Counted from the first letter of the stretch, positions 1-13,339 are shown. The stretch: 64,000 nucleotides of DNA from Lama glama (GCA_028534125.1 CM052817.1:97094001-97158000); one strand, 5' to 3'. Translations and numbers: made by a program. The notes: generated by a model from the letters alone, not told the origin.

Positions 1-447
1 TTCCCTAGTATTTAAAGTACTGAATACTTATTTTTTCATGCTGCAGTGCCTGGATGGACAATACAGCAATGGTATAAGTAGCATGTTGAAGACACTTAGA
101 TACAAATTTATTTTTATTGGAAAAGAAAATTCTCTCTGTGGGGTTTCTGGGTGTTCTCATCCCCCCCGTCCCTCCCCTTTCTTTTCAGAACTTGAACTTT
201 CGTTCTCTGACAGGTTAGCATTTTCATCTTCATTGCTCCTTCCTGCTTGTCCATATTTTGAAACAAAACCAGAGGCTTGCTTCTGATTGCCCCTTCTTTT
301 TCTTTATTTAGGCTGTGGTGAAATTCATTTTATTTTGCTTTAAATGAGACTATAGGGGATGAAGAGGGGAGAGAGAGGAAGTAAGAGAACAGTTTGTCTT
401 GACTAGTGCTTTAAGTTTCAGTTTCAGTGCCTACAGTTGTTATTTTC

Positions 448-466
448 TGTGTGTGTGTGTGTGTGT
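448..466. repeat. (TG)9 microsatellite
   Basis: Read directly: tgtgtgtgtgtgtgtgtgt. Confidence 0.9.
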
Positions 467-509
467 CCTGCAGCATCATAGATTGTATGTAAGATAAAAT
501 GACAGCCAC

Positions 510-770
510 TAGGGAATGGTGGAGGAATAAGATTGATGGTGTTTAAGGGTACAAACGTGTAATGAGTAGTAAATAGACCACAGAGATCGAATGCATAGCA
601 TAATGAATGTAGACAATAGTAGTGTACTATAATTATATATATACATTCGTGATGAATATTGCTACATCTGTGGTCATATCTGTCACAATATATAAATGTA
701 TTAAAGTAACAGGCTGTACACCTTCAACTTACACAATGTTCCAAGTGAAATTTATTCAATTAAAAAACTA
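510..770 (+). mobile_element. L1 3' end fragment (old L1MA-type), sense
   Basis: aagggtacaaac...tgtacaccttcaacttacacaatgtt...attcaattaaaaaa resembles an L1M 3' UTR with an A tail. Confidence 0.6.
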
Positions 771-809
771 TATGTGGGGACTGTAGATATATTTTTGCAA
801 CTGTTAAAT

Positions 810-3450
810 AATTTTTATTCAAGTGTAATTGACATACAATAAACTGCATATATTGACAGCATATGTTTTGGTAAGTTTGACGCATGCATATATATCTGAA
901 TCCATCACCATCATCAAGATGGTGAACCTACCCATCTCCCCCAAAGTTTCCTTGAGCCCCTTTGAACTCTCTCTCACTCTTCCCTTCTCATTCCCTCATC
1001 CCTGGACAAACCTCTGGTCTGCTTTCTGTCAGTATACATTAATTTGCGTTTCCTGTAATTTTAAAAATCTGGATTCTTTCACTCAGCATAATCAGAGATT
1101 CACCCATGTTGTAGCAAATACCCATAGTTCATTTTTTGTTAATGCTAACGAGTGTTCCACTTTATGGATATACCAGAACTTTCTTTTGTATCCATTTACC
1201 TGTTAATGGACGCTTTGGTTATCGGTAGCTTTTGGCTATTACAAATAAAGCTACTAGAAACCTTTGTGTACAAACCTTTGAACAAAGGCTTTCATTTCTC
1301 TTGGGTAACTCCTGGGATTATAGTGCCCAGATCACATGGGAGGTGTATGTTTAACTTTTTGGGAGACTGACAAACTTTTTTCAAAGGAGTTGTATTTCTT
1401 TACATTCCCACTAACAACGTGCAAGGGTTCTATTTCCTCTGTACCTTTGCCAAGTCTTGATATTTTGGATACAAGGGCTTAGATACGTGCTTTTTATTTA
1501 CTTATTTTTAATTTAACTAAAAATATTTTATTTATTATTGTACTACTTTATTATCTTTTGGTTGGGTCGGGAGGGTAATTAGATTTATTTATTTTTAACA
1601 GAGGTACTAGAGATTGAAGCCGGGACCTCGTGCATACTAAGCACGTGCTCTACTACTTGAGCTATACCTTCCCTCCTGGATACGTGCTTTTTAAAAGTTC
1701 TCTTCAGTCTGTGACTTGTCTTCTCATTCTGTTAATGGTGCCTTTCAAGGGACATTTAAAAATTTTGATGAAGTCCATTCTGTCAGTTTATAGGGACTGT
1801 ACTTTATGGACTATCCTTCTGCCTAGTCATAGAGATTTTCTTTTATGTTTTATTATAGAAGTTATGTGGTTTTAGGTTTTACACTTAGGTCTGTGGTCTA
1901 TTTTGAGTTAGTTTTGTGTAAGATGTGAAGAATGGATCCAAGTTCACTTTTGAATATGGATGTCCAGTTGTTGCAGTACCATTTGTAGGAAAGTATATCC
2001 TTTCTCCCCTGAATTGTATATTCAGATGATTTTACAATTTTTCTTTTTTAGCTTGCTAGTGTAGTGAGTTGAATTGATCTTATTTTAAGATGAAGGCAGT
2101 GTTACATTTCTCTGATTAAACCCAACTTAGTCGTGATGTATTATCCTCTCACTTACCTTGTTGGATTCCAGATGCTAACATTTTATTTAGAATAGTTGCA
2201 TTGACATTCATGAGTCAGATTGGTCAGTAGTTTTCTTGTAATGTCTTTAATTTTGATACTAGGGTAATGCTGACATCAGAGTGAGTTAGAAAGTATTCCC
2301 TGATATTTTTTTTTTTTGAAAGGACTTGCATAGAATTGGTATTATTTCTTCTTTAATTGTTTGGAAGAATTTGCCAGTGAGGTCATCTGGGCCTAGAATT
2401 TCCTTACTGGCAAGACTTTTAATTACATAGCATTTTCTCTAATGGATGTGGGACTACTCAGGTTACCTCTTTCTTCTGAAGTGAGCTTTGGCAGTTTGTA
2501 TGTCCATTTCGTCTAAACTGTTGAATTTGTGGGCATGAAATTGTTCATAATGTTTTCTTATTAATACCTGCAGAGAGTCTTCAGTCACCTTTATTATTCC
2601 TGATGTTGGTAATTTGTGTTCTCTCTCTTTTATTTCCTAAATACTCTGGCTAGACTTACCAACTTTATTGATTATTTCGAAGAATCAGTTTTTGGATTCA
2701 CTTGTTTTCTCTATTTTTTTGTTTTGTTTTGTTTTCTGTTTAATTGTTTTCTGATCTGATATTTGTTTCTGTTTTTTCTGCTTATTTTGGGTTTAATTTA
2801 CTCCCTTTTTGGCTGTTTAGGATAAAAAGTTTAAGACCTTGTTTTCTAAGATGGGTACTTAGTGGTATAAATGTACCCCTAATTGTTGTTTTACTGATAT
2901 CCCTTAAATTCTGATATGTTGTATTTTCATTTCTGTTCAGTACAAGATACTTCCTGCTTTCCCTTCCTTTCAGGTTTTCCAGTTATCTTTCTGTTACTAA
3001 TTTTTAATTCAGTTTTTATTGTAATCAGAGAAACGTCCTGTATAAATTGAACCCTTTTAAATTTATTGAGATCTGTTTCATGGGCCAAAATATCTTTATC
3101 TCAATAAATGTTTCACGCCCACTGTAAGAATGTGTTGTCTGTTGCTTTTGGATGGAGTGTCAGTTAGGTGAAGGGCTTACCAATTAGGTGAAGTTGGTTG
3201 AGGGCTTTGTTCAGATCTTCTGTGCCCTAACTTTGCGTCCATTTGTTTTGTCAGTTACCGAGACACCGAGGTATTTACGTCTACCGCCATAGTTACGGAT
3301 TTCTCCCCACAGTTCCATCAATTTTTGTTTCGTGTATTTTGAGGATCCTGTTACTAGACCCATAAATATGTAGGACTGTTACACCTTCTTGATGAATTGA
3401 CCTCTTTATCAGTATGAAATGACCTCCTTTAGCCCTGGCATTTTTCTTCG
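810..3450 (-). mobile_element. Ancient degenerate L1 (L1MC/MD/ME-type), antisense, interrupted by a SINE
   Basis: T-rich antisense L1 motifs: taattgacatacaataaactgcatatatt, ggatgtccagttgttgcagtaccatttgt, ggtaatgctgacatca, tttattgagatctgtttcatggg. Confidence 0.75.
1497..1678 (-). mobile_element. tRNA-derived SINE (Vic-1-like, long-tail variant) with 15-bp TSD
   Basis: Minus strand reads ggaaggtatagctcaagtagtagagcacgtgcttagtatgcacgaggtcccggcttcaatctctagtacctc (A/B boxes). Identical TSD gatacgtgcttttta at 1482-1496 and 1679-1693. Confidence 0.9.
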
Positions 3451-4351
3451 CTTTTGCATATGTTTTTAATATTTTTTTGTGTGTATCTTTGATTTTTTTT
3501 TTTAAGCATTTGAAGAGGAATTTCTGGGCTTCATGATTTAAAGCTTTTAAAAGTGTTTATCTTTTATCTTGCCAAACTGCCCTCAAGAAAGGCTGTACAG
3601 GTTGCTACTTGTCTTAGTGTTCTTTACATGTTTGGAGTTTGCAGATCTGGTCTTTTTAAAACTTAATATGTATAAATGTTGACTGAACTGTAACATTCTG
3701 TTGACTGTAGGATAAAATCTACTATTTATGTAATCTGTTTTGTAGAAAATTAAAAGGATGTGAGTGTTTTTAAAGTTATCAATTTTATTTCATATCTCTA
3801 TTGTTTCATAGGCATGATTCAAAATTGGATATTGTATTTTTATAATAGAGTTGTAAGAGGAGAAGATTTGATTTCTTTAAATATGTTTACTCTTTTCTAT
3901 TTTTTTTGGCATCTCCAATTAATATCCCAGAGATGATTTTCAAAATTGTATGCTTATAGTATTATAACATGTATTAATATAATGCTTATATTATGTATAT
4001 TATATTGGCTGGATAGAATGTTTGACTCTAAATAATATGTGGAAGGAAGTTTTGGATATGAAATCAGATGTTTGTAAAGGTACTTTCCGAGATTAAATGT
4101 GAAATGCTATTTGCTAGACAGGGATTGATGGCTGCTTAAGCTTTGATATGCCTGGTGCAGATAACACTTACTAAAGGGGTTCATTTGAATGATGTATCTT
4201 CTTTGATATGTAAAAATGTATCTCCTAGGGAAGTTCTGCACATTAACCAAGACATGCACGACATATTTCATATCCTTTTATCAAAAATGAACATGAGAGA
4301 GATGACCTGTTCGTATTTGTTCAGTAATTCTCAGCTGTCTTTTTCCTCCAG

Positions 4352-4410
4352 GAGTCTTCCTGAGCCGCTTATGACCTATGAGTTACATGGTGATTTCATT
4401 GTTCCAGCCA
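4352..4410 (+). CDS. ARHGAP10: Rho GTPase-activating protein 10 (GRAF2), internal coding exon (59 nt, probably exon 16), RhoGAP domain
   Basis: Acceptor tctttttcctccag|g and donor cca|gtgagt. Translates (R)SLPEPLMTYELHGDFIVPA(K), matching the ARHGAP10 RhoGAP sequence as recalled. Phase 2-1 joins the next exon in frame. Confidence 0.96.
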
Positions 4411-4594
4411 GTGAGTATTGTATAGAGGCGATAGAAGCCCTTTGGTGGCTGGTAGCGGGTATAAACTCAAATGTCCACATGAAAAATTTATCTTTATGTT
4501 GCTGTAGTCTGTGTTAAAAATGAAAATCACTTTAGGAGGTGTTTGGGTTTTCCCCCCCTGGTTTTAGAAGATGAAAAAAGGGACAATTAATATA

Positions 4595-4900
4595 TTCATT
4601 CATTCATTCATTGCCTACTGTGTGCTAGTCACTGGTAGGTAATGAATATATCGGCCACGACAGGATTTCCGCCCCCGGAAGCCAGGTTTCTAGCAAGTCT
4701 TGGGGCAGATATGCCTCTCACTATAGTGTAATATATATAATCACCAAAATGCTGTGGGAACACAGAAGGACTTAACTTGCAGATTGTTGGGGAGATTAGC
4801 AGATTTGGAGAGATTAGCAGGTTGGAAATGGCTTCCCATAGAAAGATACTTAGATGGAAATTGCAGGCAGAAGGACTATTGTGAGCTAGACACCCACACA
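4595..4900 (+). mobile_element. L2 fragment
   Basis: attcattcattcattcattgcctactgtgtgctag...tgctgtgggaacacagaagga, typical of the L2 3' end read antisense. Confidence 0.5.
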
Positions 4901-5068
4901 GTATTTGATAGAGAGTGAATTATATGTGATAAATGCTAAATGAAAAAGGCTTATAGTTGGTAGAAATTCAATTTGGGATTAAATCTTGTGTGAGTCATAC
5001 TCATTTGAATTTTTCTTATTTTCTTTCTATTATACACCTCGGTTTTTGTATTTGACACATGGTGTTTA

Positions 5069-5146
5069 TTATTTATTTATTTATTTTTTTTTCCTGGTTT
5101 ACTATTTATTTATTTATTGAAGAACAGTCAGTTACAATGTGTCAGT
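5069..5146 (-). mobile_element. Ultra-short 5'-truncated L1 3' end with 18-bp TSD
   Basis: T-rich tail followed by attgaagaacagtcagttacaatgtgtcag. Identical TSD tttgacacatggtgttta at 5051-5068 and 5147-5164. Confidence 0.85.
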
Positions 5147-7046
5147 TTTGACACATGGTGTTTAATCACTGTAGTCTTCTGAAATACTCTGACGTTTGGT
5201 ATTTAATAGTCATGGAAATGAAGGTTGAGACACGTTAAGTAACTTGCCAGATTATAGAGATCTTTATTTCAAATTCAAAACCCCAGTTCCACTGGCTAAA
5301 ACCTGCAGTATTGGTTTTCACAGGTGCACTGACAGTAGCTGTAATTGTATTTTCATTTCCTTTTTATTTTTTTCCCTTGGATGTATTCCATAGTTTAATC
5401 TGTTGGAAAACTTAGAGCAGTCCCTTTGGGTCCTGTGTTACTGCTGCCTGAACATCGCTGTAAATGTTACCTTCTTGTGAGGTCCTCGCTCCAGCCAGTG
5501 TAAAGGTTCCCAGGGGTTTGCAGAAAGAGGCATGGGTAGGCCCAGTTGGACTATCCATATAAAACGGGCTTTTGGAAAAGGCAGAAACATGGTTCTGTTC
5601 GCTTTTGTTTTCACGTGGAAGAGGATTTTTTTTTTTTTTAAAGGGAATTTGTGCCATCAGGGAAGTCAGGGAAAGTTTTCTTGGCAAAAACTCAAGCAAA
5701 CGCTTAGTTGTTTTGATTTCTTCCCTGTGGCATTTTTGGCAAAGTGGGGAAAGAGAAATTAAAGTCGAGCTGGAGGACAATTGTTTCATGTTGTTTGCCT
5801 CGGAGACTGGAAAAAGCAGTAGAGTGCCAATTTTAATCTAGAATCCTCTGAGAATTGGAGAAAGATAAAGTGATTATGGAATGAAGTTTTAAATTACCCC
5901 GAGTTAGTATCTTGATCGCGCCAGAGAACCGAAGCCAGGGTGCTGGAAATTCGAACACCGACGTGTTTTTACCAGATGAGGGCTTCCTCAGAGGTCGAGA
6001 CCTATAGGTGGTAACGGAGTCCGCAGGGAGGGGAGGTGGGTTGTGGAGGCTCTCCTTGAGCAACGTGGAAGAAGCGTGTTTAAATAGGAAAAGGATCGTT
6101 ACCTCCTAGACCAGTACCTTGTGTTTGCTCCCTGGCTTTGGAGGGATCTATATGGTCTTCACAATGATTGGAATAACAGGCCTGTTCCAGAGAGATACTG
6201 TGGCTTCTGTAATTGTTGGCGGGTATTTGCACCTAAGTGGAGTTGCGGTTGGCGTGGGACCTGTCGGCGCATACCTTATTTAGTGGGGAAAAACGTCCAT
6301 ATATTAGATGAGTGTTATTTTAGTGGCCAGCATTTCCAGAGTAGACTTTAATTTCTTGTTTGACTCTCTCGTGAACGCCCTTTTCTGTGCTCCTGGGGCC
6401 TCTCTTAGGAAAGAGTGTGGGAGCAGATCCTCTAATCTTTTGCACGTGTCCTTTCAAGGTTTGAATAAAGCAGTTATAGAAATCAGGTGGTCAGAACTAG
6501 TCTCCCCTTGAATACTGTTGGAAAATTGGGATTGTGGCGAAGCTATCATTTTCCATTAACAATGGGGCAGAGATTACCTTGTTTTAGCTGAATGTCTTAG
6601 CTGAGCTGACTGCTAAAATTACCGAGCATCACCATTCTCTTGTTACCGCCTCTCACACCAGCATGGAGACTAATTTTTGATTCTTTTCAGTCGCGTGCGG
6701 TAGTTTCCATCTGTTCCGTGGTGTTGAGATTGTCTCTCCTCCTCTCCCTGCTGAGGGTTCTGACGGTTTCTCCTGGGTACGTTCACTTTTTCCTATCAGT
6801 TTCCTTCTTGCAGAGTTCTGTTGAGAACCTGTGAGTTAAGTCTGGAGTCTTTGATACAAATACAAATTTTTTCTTCGCTGTCACCACAGAAGGCAAACAT
6901 TTTTCTTCTTCATTCGTAAAAAAAAAAAAAAAAAGAAAAAGAAAAAAAACCTTACTGTTCAATGTGGAATGCAATGAGAAATTAAAATAATAAACTTTTT
7001 CATTTGCGGGAGTTAATTTAAAATTGCTAAAAGAAACCAGAGACCA

Positions 7047-7957
7047 TGTGTCTAGGACAGTCTCTCCTCTGTGTCTCCTGGACTCTCACACACAATACTT
7101 CACTTCTGGTCACCAAATGTGTGGGGTTTCCCCTCCACCAACCAATTCTGTGATGCCAGCTGAGAATTCTACAGTTGGATTCAGTTCTGTTTCTATCTAC
7201 TTAGAGTTAACAGCTGATCCCACAAGTGAAGGACTTGGTCCTACAAGACCCTCTCACTTCAGACACTAGTCCTAGGTCATCCCTGGTACATCTTACTGCC
7301 TGGCTAGAAATCAGCATTCTGATAACCCTCATGTTGGATGTGAGAATTTGCTTGAGTGGTTCACAGAACTCAGGGAAACACAGAAGTCCGTTTACCAGCT
7401 TATGATATAATAAAGGATCTGATAAAGGATACCAAGGAACAGTCAGATACATAGGGCGAGGTACAGAAGTGTCCTGAGTGCAGGAGCTTTTGTCCCTGTG
7501 AAGACCTCCCAGTATGGGTATGTTCATCCCCTTGGAAGCTCTCCAGACCCCATACTCTTGGGATTTTTATGAAGGCTTCATGTAGGCATGATGGATTATT
7601 GGTTCCATTTCTAGCCTCTCTCCCCTCTCCAGAGAATGATGGGTGGACCTGAAAATTCTCAGCTTCTAAGCATGACTTGGTCTCTCCGGTGACCAGCCAA
7701 GGAGCCCACCCAAAGTTGCTCCATTAAAACAAAAGGTGTTCTTATCAACCTCCAAATTCCAAGGGACTTAAGAGCTCGATGTCAGACGATCCTATCACTC
7801 AGGAGATTACAGAGCTTCTGGGAGCTTTGTGTCTGGCACTAAAAATATTAGAACAAAAGATTTTCTGAGTGCTTCCCTGTACAAGAGTTTTAGGAGCTCT
7901 GTGTCAGGAACTGAGGGCAGAGACCAATATATATATGTTTCCTATTATTTCACAACA
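7047..7957 (-). mobile_element. MER21-like solo LTR
   Basis: acttctggtcaccaaatgtgtgggg...agctctgtgtcaggaactgagggcagagaccaatatatatatgtttcctattatttcacaaca matches the recalled MER21 consensus in reverse. TG...CA ends. Confidence 0.75.
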
Positions 7958-10194
7958 TCCATCTTGTAAGATAAATTAATGGGCTTTTATAGTATAGAAG
8001 TTTGTAGGATGAAAATACACTTTGCTTGGACTACACAGGACTGCAGAAGATTGTGTCCACCTGGGGAAGGTTTGTAGGCATCTACCTGGATATGTGACTG
8101 CATGATGTTTATTACCTTTGAGAATGTTGTGGTCCATGGTGTGTGTTTCAGCCTTTCAGGCTCAGAGTCCTTGATAAATATCATATCGGTAAGATTTGGA
8201 CCCAAGATTCGAGGTTAGATGCGTGTTAAACTAAGTTTGAGAATGGCAGCTGAAGTTGGACGCCTAATTTGGAATCACAGAATAAATTTCTGTCCCCTGC
8301 ACCAGAAGACCTGTCTTGCTATGTTTGTATGTTTTCTTCCTGTCGTCAAGTTACCTGGGAAGCAGTATCATAATCACAAGGTTCTTTAGTCATTAATGAT
8401 GAAAAACAAAACTGTTATGGGGTCCAGGGCACTGGTGTTTGCCTAGCCGGAGGGTTCTGTCCTTGTTGGTAAACCTGTGTGGGAAACAAGACAAAATCAT
8501 GTCATCTTGGTGGGGAGGGACTCTAAAGTCTGGAAATTAAAGGAATTGGATGGTTAATGACATCAAGCTCTCTTAGCCTCTAGATACATTGTTTCCAGGA
8601 GATAAGGTCTCCTGCAGAAGAACTCGAGTGCTTGATGTCGGCTAACTGAAGCCACCCTTATCTCTTGGGAAGTGCTTGAATGGTTACTGCTAATGCTTTC
8701 CTAAAATTACAGTATTGTTGACTTATGACGTTTAAGTATTGAATTTAAATTTGTCTGTGTATCTTTGATAAGCTCCAGTAAGCTATGATCATATCTTTCT
8801 CAGTCTCTGTTAGTTGGCACAGCAACACGAGCAGATCGACATTAAGTGTTGTGAACGCTGATGTATAGTTTCACGATTAAAAATGCTTTTGCTGTGACAG
8901 TAAACTGTCCCTGCCATATGCCAGGAATTTGGTGTTATTAATTCAGTATCTTAGATTTTTCAAAAAGTTACGTATGCCTTGGTGTTCTTGTCAACTTACA
9001 TCAATCAACTAAAATATAATGGAACGCATACAGCATAAGCAACTAAAGATAATTCGTCTTAGGAGACCTTTTTTTGTTTCTGTTTTGAGTACCTTAAAGC
9101 CATTATTATGTTGTAGCCACATGAAGATGTCCATTCTTAGAAAGCTTTGATTCATGTCAAAATGGCACAAAATGGAGAAAAAATAGTTTTACTTTACAAG
9201 CATTACATCCAAAGTCTTCTTTGGAAGAAGAGGGAAAACCAGGCTTAGCAAAAATGAGTATATCATTTCAAGTGAGATGGGGGTAGGCCAGTAGGGGGGC
9301 CCCTTAAGAAAGGGAGTGGAAGGTTTTGATTTTATTTTCAAAATCAATTCTAGTATTTTTAGAAATGCAGGACCTTATCCTTAGAAGGTGGGAAACTATT
9401 TTTTCTGTCTTGTGTTTCTGAAGAAGTAATAAATAAATAATTTTTAAAATTAGGTTTTCTTTGGCAAAAGATGATTATTAATGACAAGATAGACACATGA
9501 GTTAGAAACAGCTTTTTAGTGCAAAGTTCTCAAAAATTGTCAATTTTTGAATGTACAAAATTCTTACCGTAGGCGGCTTTTTCTTCCTTTGGAATTTTTC
9601 ACTGTTTTTCAGAGTCCCCGCCTTAATTTTATTTTTAAAATCAAAGCTGTGAATTGGAAATGTTACTGTATTTTTATTGCTTTTCATTTTTCTCCAGCTT
9701 TGATTTAGGAAGGCATTATCTTGGCTTTAACTCCAGATTAAAATCTTGATTATAATTGATCCCCTAACTCTTTAGGTAGTTGTACTTTTGTTCTCAGTGA
9801 CAAATGTAGTCTGTATCTGAATCTTCTATTATGTGACATGATTGGATTGTTTGTGTTCTGCTTTACCTACATACGTTTCCATTTCTTAGTCTCTTCTGCT
9901 TCCTTTCTCCTTAGCAACAAGGTGTCCTGTGTTGTAAAATCTCATTCCTCCCAAACCCCACTCCTGAAAGCGTAAATCGAGACAAACTTAACTTTACAAA
10001 CATGGGGAGCAACTTAGATGTTCGTGCAGTTGATCGTGTGGCATCCATCCAACGACATGTCGAGATGTCCATGACGTATTTCACGAAAGGGGCTGTTTGA
10101 ACATCTCATTACAGAAAAGGAAGGAAAACTCTGAAAAGATGAAAGTTAAAAATTACAGTTTCTTAGGTGAGATTTGTTACAAATAACTTTAAGC

Positions 10195-11050
10195 AGCTTT
10201 TTATGGAAACATAATAGACGTGTACAAATAATAAGTGTAAATAATAAGCATACAGCGTAGTATATTTTCCCCAAGCGAAGACAGCCATGTAATCAGCCCC
10301 CAGAGATAAAAGCTTGGCAGAAGCCCTTCCTCACCCCCGCGTGGTCACTCTCCACCCCCGTGCTGGGTGAGCAGCCTCCTGACCTGTGACATCATAGTCA
10401 CGAGTTGCTGCACTTGAATTTCCTGTAAGTGGAATCATGCAGAGCAGACTAGCACGTTGGGCTGCTGCTTCTCACCCTGTGAGGTCCATTCCTGTTGAGC
10501 GATGCAGTAGACTGTGCACTCTCGTTGAAGCTCAGTGTTCCGCTGTGGGAATATACCGCAGTCTGCCTCTTCTGCTCTCGGTGGGTACTTGAGTTCTGGT
10601 TTGGACCGTTACCAAGAGGCGACTGCTCTGACCATTCCATCTTGTGTCTTTTAGTGAATGGTCGTATGAGAGGCATTTTTGGCTCATTGGGAAAGTGTGT
10701 GTTCTAGGTTGGCAGATACTACCTAACAGTTCTCCAGAGTGGTTGCACCAGTTAATTATTCCCACCCAGTTAGCGTATGACAGATCCAGTTGCTTCATGT
10801 GCTTGCCAAAGTTTGGTGTTCATTGAAAGCCATCCTGATGGGTGAATGGTTGTCCCTCATTGTGGTTTTACTTTCTGTTTTCCTGGTAACTAATGAGGTT
10901 TAGTGTCTTTTCATTTTACACGTGTGTTGGTCACATAGAGGTCCCCTGTCATGAAGTTTCTGCTCCAAACCCTCCCCTGTTTTTCTTTTGGGTTGTCTCT
11001 CTTTTCTGCCTGATTTGTGGCAGTTCTTGCTTGACTAAATGTATTTCAGA
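10195..11050 (-). mobile_element. Ancient L1 (L1MC/ME-type) 3' fragment, antisense
   Basis: taagtggaatcatgcag, ggttgcaccagttaattattcccacccag, ctcattgtggttttactttctgttttcctggtaactaatgaggtt. Confidence 0.7.
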
Positions 11051-11192
11051 TTTTTAGTGATTTTATTCAATGAACTTTTTATCAGTTTTTTCCTAAAATT
11101 TTAGTAAAATAAAGTTTTCTAAAATTGAGCAGATATTTAATTTTTCCAGTAACAGAAAAGTGAAGCTATTATCATCTTGAAAAAAAAATTGC

Positions 11193-11619
11193 TAAGTCCG
11201 GCAGAGAAAGACAAATACTGTATGATCTCACTTACTTGTGGAATCTTTAAAACAAAACAAAACAAACCCCAAAACCAAGTTCAGAGATACAGAGAACAGA
11301 CTGGCGGTTGACAGACATGGGAGGTGGGCAAAATGGGTGAAGGGAGTCAAAAGGTACAAACCTCTAGTTGTAAGATAAACGAGTCATGGGGATGTGATTT
11401 GCAGTGTAGTTGGTAATACTGTCTTGCATATTTGAAAGTTGCTAAGAGAGTAGATCTTAAAAGTCCTCCTCACAAGAAATAAATGTTGTAGCTATGTGTG
11501 ATGACAGACGGCAATTAGGCTTATGATGATGACCATCTTGCAATACATACAAATATTGAATCATCATGTTGTACACCTGAAACTAATATAATGTGCCTTG
11601 TCAACTGTACTTCAGTTTA
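11193..11619 (+). mobile_element. L1 3' end (L1MA9-like), sense; its tail continues at ~11829-11857 after a SINE insertion
   Basis: agagaaagacaaatactgtatgatctcacttacttgtggaatct...gttgctaagagagtagatcttaaaag...gttgtacacctgaaactaatata. Confidence 0.8.
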
Positions 11620-11828
11620 TTTGTTTATTTAATTTAAAAAAATCTACCGACACCTGAAAATTAACTGTTGGGTTTTTTGTTTGTTTGTTCGTTCGTTTCC
11701 CTGTTTTTTTTGCAGGGGGAGGGGTAATTAGGTTTATTTATTTTTTCAGTGGAGGTGCTGGGGATTGAACCCAGGACCTCGTGCTTAGTAAGCACGCAGT
11801 CTACCACTTGAGCTATACCCTCCCCTCA
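11620..11828 (-). mobile_element. tRNA-derived SINE (Vic-1-like, long-tail variant) inserted in an L1 tail, carrying extra 3' sequence
   Basis: Minus strand head ggggagggtatagctcaagtggtagactgcgtgcttactaagcacgaggtcctgggttcaatccccagcacctcc. TSD gtacttca(g/a)ttta at 11607-11619 and 11829-11841. Confidence 0.88.
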
Positions 11829-12074
11829 GTACTTCAATTTAAAAAAACAACAACAAATCCCATCAAACTCCCCTTTCAAGAGGGGGGATTGCTTTAGTTT
11901 TCTTCCCCTCCCTTTCAGTTTCTCGATTTTTGAACCTCTGGTCTGAAATCCCACTTTCCGCATCTCTTCAGGACCTAACTCTTTAACCTGCCTGTTTTTG
12001 TTAAATGTGGTCAGTTCAGCCATATCCAGGGCCCCTTCTCTGTCTTTAGATTTCCTGGTTTCTCCTTAACTCTT

Positions 12075-12140
12075 TTTTTTTTAACTGAAGTACAGTTGAT
12101 TACAATGTGCAGTTTCTGGTGTCCAGCACAATGCCCCAGT
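12075..12140 (-). mobile_element. Short L1 3' end fragment
   Basis: Poly-T followed by aactgaagtacagttgattacaatgtgcagtttctggtgtccagcacaatg. Degenerate TSD (tccttaactctt / tccttacctctt). Confidence 0.7.
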
Positions 12141-12664
12141 CTTTCCTTACCTCTTGATAGCACTAGCTTTCCAGTCTTTGCAGGTTTCTTCTCACTTGAC
12201 ATTCTGATGACACTGAGCCCCACCCTGGTCGCCCCTTCTCTTCCTCCTCCTTTGCTTGGCTTAGTTGCCAGTGGCATCTCCCCTGTACGTCTTTCCAGCT
12301 CTTTTCCCCTAAACGTCCTCTCTTAGCCTCTGCAGTAGTCCGGCATCCTTGGCTACGTGCTGCAGGTCATGCAGCTAGCCTTTGTCTCTGAGACCTGCCC
12401 CCTTCCCAGCTGCCTGCGAGAAGACCAGCCTCTTGAATATCGCTTTCTCCATCACTTCCATCATCTTCTTCCACCTCAAACTCTCTTTGCCTCTGCTCTC
12501 CTGTCTGTCAGCAGAAGTGCCCATACCCCAGCTAACCCAGACATGAAGCCTTGCTCATCTTTACCTTCTTCCTCCTGACCCTCAGCCAGTCGGAGGCTAA
12601 ATCCCCTCCATTCTACTCCTTCCATAGTGCTCTCATGTAATAGTAACACAGACAGCAACAGTGG

Positions 12665-12880
12665 TGATGGCCCCAGCAGTTGAGTGCCTCTGTTGGCCAG
12701 CCACTGGGGTAAACAAATGCTTTCTGTATGTCACCTCACTGAATCTCACAGTGGCCTTCGGAGAAAGTGCTGTTCACTTCATCTTGCAGACGAGGAAACT
12801 GAGGCCCACAGAGGTTAGGTAACTTGCCTAAGTCCACTCAGCTGTCAGGTGGAAGCAGTGATTCCACCATCTGACCGTAG
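12665..12880 (-). mobile_element. MIR SINE
   Basis: Core gcagacgaggaaactgaggcccacagaggttaggtaacttgcctaagtccac. Confidence 0.75.
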
Positions 12881-13339
12881 ACCATACTTCTTTGCTCTAT
12901 TTCCTTATTTGTAGTCCTACCCCTGCCGTGCCCCCCGCCCCTTCCTGCCTCGTGACTTCTTGCCCAGATCGTGTTTCCTTCTTAATTTGCTCTTTTCCCC
13001 ATCCTAATTCATCCTCCAGAAATGTCAGGTTTATCTTCCCAAATTTAACTCTGCTTGTATTTCTTCTTTACTTTACTTCCAGTGACTACCTCAGAAGTCA
13101 CTAGTAAAGCCAAGTTCTTCCAAGTGATCTTTACAGACCAAAGTTTGGCCGCCGACCACCATTCTGTAAGCTTGAGGTGCTGTCTCTGGATAGACTGTGT
13201 GTTTGCTTCTACTGCTGGCTGAGTCTGGGGTGTACCCCTCACCCCTTCAATTCTGCCCTTCCTGGAAATCTTCCCTGTTTTCTTTAAGCGCCAACTCAAA
13301 TGCTCTCCCTTATGTGAAACCTCCCTGAGCTTCCCCGCC

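Noticed and set aside
4143..4517. ORF of 124 aa as a stand-alone protein (likewise 16780-16983 and 50768-51091)
   Set aside because: Only the part between splice sites matches ARHGAP10; the remainder is intronic read-through.
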